DNA of 64,000 nt from the NCBI GenBank assembly GCA_038127595.1, contig JAYPIC010000001.1, forward strand, positions 34,618 to 98,617, read 5' to 3'. The notes under the pieces were generated by a model. The model searched no databases and had not been told where the DNA came from. It saw nothing but the letters and a program-made list of their open reading frames with translations. Positions 58,615 to 64,000 of the stretch are shown in pieces. Both the position numbers and the translations under genes were made by a program. The DNA is from a bacterium. GTDB lineage: Bacteria > Fidelibacterota > Marinisomatia > Marinisomatales > UBA1611. Every line of letters begins with the position of its first letter. The stretch's first letter is position 1.

Positions 58615-59880
58615 TTATGTTTTTTTCTCTTTTTTTCTTGCTGCTGGGAAAAGAATATTATTTAGTATAAGTCTATACCCAGGAGAATTTCTATGCAATG
58701 ACAAGTCCGTTGGAGGATCACCTACAAAATGCTGATAATCTTCAGGATCATGACCGCCATAAAATGTGTATGTTCCTTTTCCATAGTTACCGTGGATATA
58801 CTTAGCCTGGTTTGAACTTGGATCTTCACCCATAATAATTACATGGCTTTTTATCATGTTTTTATTAAAACCCGTTGTTTGCCCCATAAATCCCTTAACA
58901 ACTGGAACGTGGTTTTGTGTTAACATAGTTGGCACGGGGTCATATTTTGCGGAAAATTCAAATAAAGAAAAATAATCTGCTTCAGCACCTCTTGTCACTG
59001 GGTTATGGCTTGGAGGGAAATCTATGTCTGAGAATTCATAGATCATTGGATCTGGGTATATTGAAAAGTCTTTAAAGGCCAATGTTTTTTGATAGTCAAT
59101 TTTTTTAGATAGGTTTTTTTCAACTGGAGTACCATCAAAAACACTGTGAACTCCATCAATGCCTTCCAATGATAATGCAATGTCATAAGAATCTGTTGCT
59201 GAACACATTGCGAATAAAAATCCGCCGTTACCAATATAATTTTTAATAATCCTTGAAATTGCTTTTTTTTCTTCATGCACGCTAACCATTCCATATTTTT
59301 TTGCTAACGATTCAAACTTATTTTTTTGTTCAATGTACCAAGGAGCATTGTGATAGTTTCGGTAAAATTTACCATATTGTCCTGTGAAATCTTCATGATG
59401 GAGATGAAGCCAGTCAAATTTTTCTAAGCCATTATTTAATACTTCTTCATCCCATAGTGTTTCATAATCTACCTCTGCATATGTTAATGCTAATGTTACA
59501 GCATCATCCCATGGTTGTTTATTGGGAGGGGTATAAATTGCAATCTTAGGAGCTTTTTCTAATAGGACGATGTCCATATTGTTTTTTTCTATTGCTGAAT
59601 AGATACTAAGTACCTCCTCAGTTATTTCTATAAACGTAACACCCCTTATTTTACACTCCGCTTTAATTGAGGATTGGCTATCAATCAAAAAGGCACCCCC
59701 TTGAAAATTTAAAAGCCATTCTACATTAATATTTCTTTTTAGTGCGTAATATGCAATCCCATAAGATTTTAAATGATCGTTTTGTGTTTGATCCATTGGG
59801 ATTAACAATTTCTGAGCGTAGGCAATATTTAATACAAATGAAAAAATAATTATTTTTATGATAAGGTTAAATTTTTTCAT
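58615..59880 (-). CDS. Conserved exported FCB-group protein with possible class I GATase-like domain
   Basis: Signal peptide; LIPMD..Q..HLK.YG, WLLN..GG.F, PWDDAVT, DWLHLHHEDFTGQYGKF, GGFLFAMCSATD, GGHDPED. Confidence 0.6.
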   Translation of the reverse strand: MKKFNLIIKIIIFSFVLNIAYAQKLLIPMDQTQNDHLKSYGIAYYALKRNINVEWLLNFQGGAFLIDSQSSIKAECKIRGVTFIEITEEVLSIYSAIEKNNMDIVLLEKAPKIAIYTPPNKQPWDDAVTLALTYAEVDYETLWDEEVLNNGLEKFDWLHLHHEDFTGQYGKFYRNYHNAPWYIEQKNKFESLAKKYGMVSVHEEKKAISRIIKNYIGNGGFLFAMCSATDSYDIALSLEGIDGVHSVFDGTPVEKNLSKKIDYQKTLAFKDFSIYPDPMIYEFSDIDFPPSHNPVTRGAEADYFSLFEFSAKYDPVPTMLTQNHVPVVKGFMGQTTGFNKNMIKSHVIIMGEDPSSNQAKYIHGNYGKGTYTFYGGHDPEDYQHFVGDPPTDLSLHRNSPGYRLILNNILFPAARKKEKKT

Positions 59881-61726
59881 TATCTTTTAACTTTCGGAGG
59901 TGATATCTAATTGGTTCTGAAAAAATTGATTCTGGATAATCATTAATGATACGAAAATAAAATTCAGATGCTTTAGATGAATCATTATAAAACCGCTCAT
60001 GAATTTGGCCAGACATTATTATGCCTTTATCAGCGAATATTGTACCCTCTAGCAAATTTAATTCGGATAAGGCTTCATTATATTTTTTTAATCTTTTTAA
60101 GATAATTGCTTTTCGCAATGATAATAATGGAGAAATAATTTTATTATTATTGCTTGATTTAATGTGGGCTAAAAGTTGATTTGCTTCAACAACTTTTCTT
60201 TGTTTTAAAAGTGATTCAGATTTTAAAAAAGCGATGAATCCCTCTTTGCCTTTTTCATCTGCATTAGTATAGAAATGGTTAATGAAATCCCTTAACTCCA
60301 TTAAATCATTGAAATATATGTTATCTGGCAAAATAGTTTTAAATGATTCATTAATTAAAAAAAGCGATGTATCGGGATTTCCAGAAAATAAATGCATTTC
60401 AATTAGTTTGTTTTTTATTTCAGGGGTGATGTGAATATTGTAGGTAGAATCTAAAAATTTAATTGATGAATTAAAATCCGCTTTAGATTTGAACACGTCA
60501 GCAATTCTAAGTATGTTTTTTTCTTTTAAGGTTTTTGAAGGTGATTTATTTAATGAAGATTTATATAAAAAGAGAGCATTGTCAAAATCTTCTATTATTC
60601 TATAATGAATTTCAGCCAATCTAAACTCGGCTTCGGCAACAATAGCTGATTCAGGTATAGTAGCTAATACAGAATCATATATTGATAGGCTAGACGATAG
60701 ATTTTCTGAAGAAATATTTGTAGAGAGCTGAGAAGCATCTTTAAAAAAAATATTATCATTATAAAAATATGGTACTAAATCATTGTTTTCTACAGGAAAT
60801 ATTTGGTCTTCAAATGTTTTAGCTAAACCTAATAATACTTCTCCGTATTGATAATCCTTTAAATCTTCTCTTAACATATATTGATAAGCTTTAATTGCAT
60901 GAGAGTATGCTTTCTCTTTTCTTAAACTATTGCAAAAGCTAAGCCATTTTTTTGCATTGAACATCTCATTATCACTCAATTCATGTAGAGCCTCATATGA
61001 TTTTTTGAATTCACGATGCTTGAAATAATGATCAGATAGGATAGGTAAAATTTTATTTGGATGTTTAATACTATTTTCAAGAAGTTTCATTTCAATGACA
61101 TTTTTCGAGTCAATATCATCGCTCATTATTAGAATTTTTCTAGATACAGAAGAACTTGCACCTGGGTTATCTAAAAGTGATAACAAGTATTCATCCATTG
61201 CATCCTTATATTGTTTTCTTTTATGATAGTAATTACCTAATTCTGTGGATAAAAAGCTTTCATTAAAAATAAGCCTCCCATTTTCAATCATTTGAAATAA
61301 TTCTTTATCTAGACTATGTTTATTATAAATTGAAAACAGTAATCTGTAATAAGATCTATTTTTTTTAAACGTTGACAAACCTTCTTTCCAAGTTCTCTTT
61401 GCTTCTTCAACATTCTCATCTAAAAAATAAAACTCTCCTAATTCAACATTAAGTTGAATATCATTAGGGTTTCGAGATATTTGATATATTAAAAAATTAA
61501 TTCCTTCCTTATACCTTTGGCTTTTTTTGTACAATGCTTTTAAACTTCTAATTGTTTGATAATTATTAGGGTCTTTATTTAATACATCATTATATATAGA
61601 TATAGCCTCATCCCAATTTTTCTGTATCTCATGCATTTTAGCAGTTCTCAGAAAACCATTATATTGACCAAAAACTGTACAAGACAAAGATATAAAAAAA
61701 ATTATTTTACTAATTTGTGTTTTCAT
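59867..61726 (-). CDS. Exported TPR-repeat protein
   Basis: Signal peptide; multiple TPR helices; C-terminal YPESIF; start set at ATG 61726. Confidence 0.8.
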   Translation of the reverse strand: MKTQISKIIFFISLSCTVFGQYNGFLRTAKMHEIQKNWDEAISIYNDVLNKDPNNYQTIRSLKALYKKSQRYKEGINFLIYQISRNPNDIQLNVELGEFYFLDENVEEAKRTWKEGLSTFKKNRSYYRLLFSIYNKHSLDKELFQMIENGRLIFNESFLSTELGNYYHKRKQYKDAMDEYLLSLLDNPGASSSVSRKILIMSDDIDSKNVIEMKLLENSIKHPNKILPILSDHYFKHREFKKSYEALHELSDNEMFNAKKWLSFCNSLRKEKAYSHAIKAYQYMLREDLKDYQYGEVLLGLAKTFEDQIFPVENNDLVPYFYNDNIFFKDASQLSTNISSENLSSSLSIYDSVLATIPESAIVAEAEFRLAEIHYRIIEDFDNALFLYKSSLNKSPSKTLKEKNILRIADVFKSKADFNSSIKFLDSTYNIHITPEIKNKLIEMHLFSGNPDTSLFLINESFKTILPDNIYFNDLMELRDFINHFYTNADEKGKEGFIAFLKSESLLKQRKVVEANQLLAHIKSSNNNKIISPLLSLRKAIILKRLKKYNEALSELNLLEGTIFADKGIIMSGQIHERFYNDSSKASEFYFRIINDYPESIFSEPIRYHLRKLKDNEKI

Positions 61727-64000
61727 TTTTTTGCTCTGCATTTTTCATTTGAGTCATAGCATTGAAATATCGTTTAATCATGGTCTGATATTCTTTGGAG
61801 TAACCAGAATTTAAGGATCTATTCAAGGCATCTAACGCAAGGCTTTGTCTTTGTCCTAAATCTTCTGGGAGCCCGCTTGATGGAGAGTAGATTGTAGATT
61901 CATTGCTCGAGTATGACTTTCTTTCTTCTTTATACCCTCGCTGAGATAAAGAAGTTTGACTATCAAGCATTCTTGATAAAATTCTACGCTGTTTATTTTT
62001 TGTATTTCTTGTGTAGTTCGATTTTGATAAATCAGAAATAACATCTTTTATATCTTTGGAAATCCCTTTTAAATCGCCTTGCCCATGCTTATTTGCTGAT
62101 TGTTGCATCTCTTTCATTAGTTTTTGAAGTGATTGTTGAATATTTTTTTGACCTTGTAACATAGATTGTAATAACTGTTGTTTCGCTGCTTCAGACATTT
62201 TTCCAAAGTTTAGGTTCATTCCTTTTTGGTTAAGTCCTTGTTGTTGTCCAGCCATTTGCTGCATCATTTTCAAAAACTGCTCAAACCCGCTCGCTGAACC
62301 TGATGATTGCATTTGTTGAATACTTTGATACAATTTTATTGCTGTTGTGTTCAGGGCCTCCATAGCAAGATTCTGATTTTTTACAGCACTTTGAATATTT
62401 CTATTTGTTAAGTCAGATTTGGATTGTTCAATTGAATTATTTGCTGCTCCAACTGCCTTACCAATTTCAGGCGTAACCGAAAAAGTCTCCTTAGAAAGTT
62501 CAATCATTAATTTTGTGGTTTGCCGTAGTTGGTCTTGAACTAATTGTTGGTTATATGCCATTATCTTTAATTGTGAAGAATTTCTCGAAAGGGATGAAGT
62601 ACTTTCTTTTAATCTCTCTTGCTCTTTTGATATAAATAAATAGTCTCTCATTATTTTTTCTAATTTTGCTGCCATTTCGGAAACTGTTTCATTTTGAAAT
62701 TGATTTTGAATCATTGAAAATGAATTTTGCAAATTATGCAGACCATTTAAAGCATCTTTACTCGATGATTTTGCTTTATTGTTTTTACTCTTTTGAAGAT
62801 TTGAAATCGTAGTTTTAATATCATTTATTGTATTTTTGAATTCTTCATTAGACGCTAGTTCATTTAATTCCGATGCTGAATTTTCACTAAAAGGTTCTAT
62901 TAGCTCAGAAGCTTGTTCCATTTCTTTATTCAATTGAGTTAATTCTTCAAGTAGTCTTTGCTCTTCTTGGGCAATTCTTTGCCCATCATTCATCTTGCCT
63001 TCGTTTTCAATATTATTAATGTCATCGTCAAGTTTATCTTTTTGCTGAACTAATTTCTCTATTCTATTCTTTAATTCATCTAGTTTTTGTTCTGCTTTGA
63101 GTCTCTTAAAAATATCGATATATCTGTCTAGTTCAGATTCAATTTCTTCTAAATTATTTGCCATTTGCTCTAATGATTTTTGTAATGACTCTAAGTTTAT
63201 ATCTTCTAATGAATTTTGAAGTTCATTTAAATCATCCATTATATTTTCAGGCAGTATTTCATTAATTAGGTTTGACAGCTCTTTGAATTTTTCAGCTAGG
63301 TCTGGCAAAAATAAATTATGCTTTTCACTTTCTTCTAATAAGGTCTCCATAGCATTTGAAATATCTTTAATTTTATTTAGTTCTTCTTTAGCATTTTCTA
63401 CCAATTCTTTAATTTTTTGCTGATCTTCCCATTTTAATTCATCCTCTGCTTTTAAAACGTTCAATTCCATATCTTCGATTTGGCTTTTTAAGTTTACCAG
63501 CTCATCGATACTTTCACTGAATTTTTCTTCAATGTTTTCTTCTTTGTTTTCTATCTCTTCATATAAATCTGCCAACGATGGTACTCTTGCTATAAGCTTA
63601 TTACTTATAGTTTTTTTTGGCCCTGAAATAATATCATTGTCAGTTAATTCAAGATGATAATGAACCTCGTCATCTGGCATAAGCATTAATTCAGACAGGT
63701 TCCATGGAGTTTTGATATTCTGGTGTGATGTGTCTTTTATGATATCGGGTATGATGAACATGGATATATAAGGTTCAACATTTAAATATTTAGGTCTAAT
63801 AATCTCATAGGCCAGCTGCAGGTTATCAAAGCCATAATCGTCTTCAATGTCAATATCAAAACCAATAATTTGATTGTTGCCTAGTGTAATAACAGGAGCT
63901 GGGTCAGTAATTTTGATTATTGGGTAGTGGTCAGTGATGACATTTATTTTGTATGGTATTGGGTCACGGTTTGTTATGCCTCTTGGATCAACTAAATGAA
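61710..64000 (-). CDS. DUF4175-like long coiled-coil protein (5' end beyond window)
   Basis: Frame stays open from 63761 to the window end (...DHYP.....IDIEDDYG...); DND.ISGPK; Gln-rich coiled coils; RILSRMLD; Y...IKRYF. Confidence 0.7.
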   Translation of the reverse strand, partial: HLVDPRGITNRDPIPYKINVITDHYPIIKITDPAPVITLGNNQIIGFDIDIEDDYGFDNLQLAYEIIRPKYLNVEPYISMFIIPDIIKDTSHQNIKTPWNLSELMLMPDDEVHYHLELTDNDIISGPKKTISNKLIARVPSLADLYEEIENKEENIEEKFSESIDELVNLKSQIEDMELNVLKAEDELKWEDQQKIKELVENAKEELNKIKDISNAMETLLEESEKHNLFLPDLAEKFKELSNLINEILPENIMDDLNELQNSLEDINLESLQKSLEQMANNLEEIESELDRYIDIFKRLKAEQKLDELKNRIEKLVQQKDKLDDDINNIENEGKMNDGQRIAQEEQRLLEELTQLNKEMEQASELIEPFSENSASELNELASNEEFKNTINDIKTTISNLQKSKNNKAKSSSKDALNGLHNLQNSFSMIQNQFQNETVSEMAAKLEKIMRDYLFISKEQERLKESTSSLSRNSSQLKIMAYNQQLVQDQLRQTTKLMIELSKETFSVTPEIGKAVGAANNSIEQSKSDLTNRNIQSAVKNQNLAMEALNTTAIKLYQSIQQMQSSGSASGFEQFLKMMQQMAGQQQGLNQKGMNLNFGKMSEAAKQQLLQSMLQGQKNIQQSLQKLMKEMQQSANKHGQGDLKGISKDIKDVISDLSKSNYTRNTKNKQRRILSRMLDSQTSLSQRGYKEERKSYSSNESTIYSPSSGLPEDLGQRQSLALDALNRSLNSGYSKEYQTMIKRYFNAMTQMKNAEQKNENTN

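Noticed and set aside
2260..62044. Many short ORFs (60-120 aa) antisense to or nested in long genes, e.g. 4878-5192, 8398-8748, 20289-20654, 29416-29769, 52385-52708, 53760-54098
   Set aside because: They overlap well-supported genes, have Ser/Leu/Ile/Phe-rich shadow composition and show no motifs

Overview
AT-rich, densely packed bacterial chromosome segment made mostly of core genes, with no mobile element, prophage or CRISPR array visible. The gene mix (FCB-type DUF4175/TPR/PorQ-like genes, a membrane Na+-pyrophosphatase, tight gene overlaps) suggests a streamlined marine FCB-group organism such as Marinimicrobia/SAR406; this is inference only. Contents in order: a partial S41 protease and an outer-membrane barrel; two paralogous FG-GAP surface proteins; a lipid A operon (gnnA-like, lmtA-like, lpxB, DUF374/LpxJ-like, lpxK); ychF, fabA and an SDR; a ~25 kb plus-strand run (uvrA ruvB queA ispDFE tRNA-Gln prs rplY pth hppA rpsF rpsR rplI priA, PorQ-like, lipase, marR, mutY, plsC, pepC, SSS transporter, K+ channel, cNMP-binding protein); an accessory-looking block (DUF2254-like, structured leader plus TerB-like gene, (D/E)RR-repeat microprotein, CADD-type diiron protein, PAS-MenA fusion, mtaB, DUF3050, gcvP); a zinc-ribbon protein, RNase P RNA, 7TM-HD, ybeY, mazG, yjbQ and a DUF4175-TPR cluster. 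Best leads: (1) a ~120-nt candidate double-pseudoknot RNA upstream of the TerB-like gene; (2) a PAS-MenA prenyltransferase fusion next to a CADD-type self-sacrificing oxygenase; (3) a Leptospira-like lipid A modification set; (4) an integrin-alpha-like FG-GAP/Ig/TM protein with a paralogous partner; (5) a (D/E)RR-repeat microprotein. All family calls come from motif recognition by eye, not from database searches.
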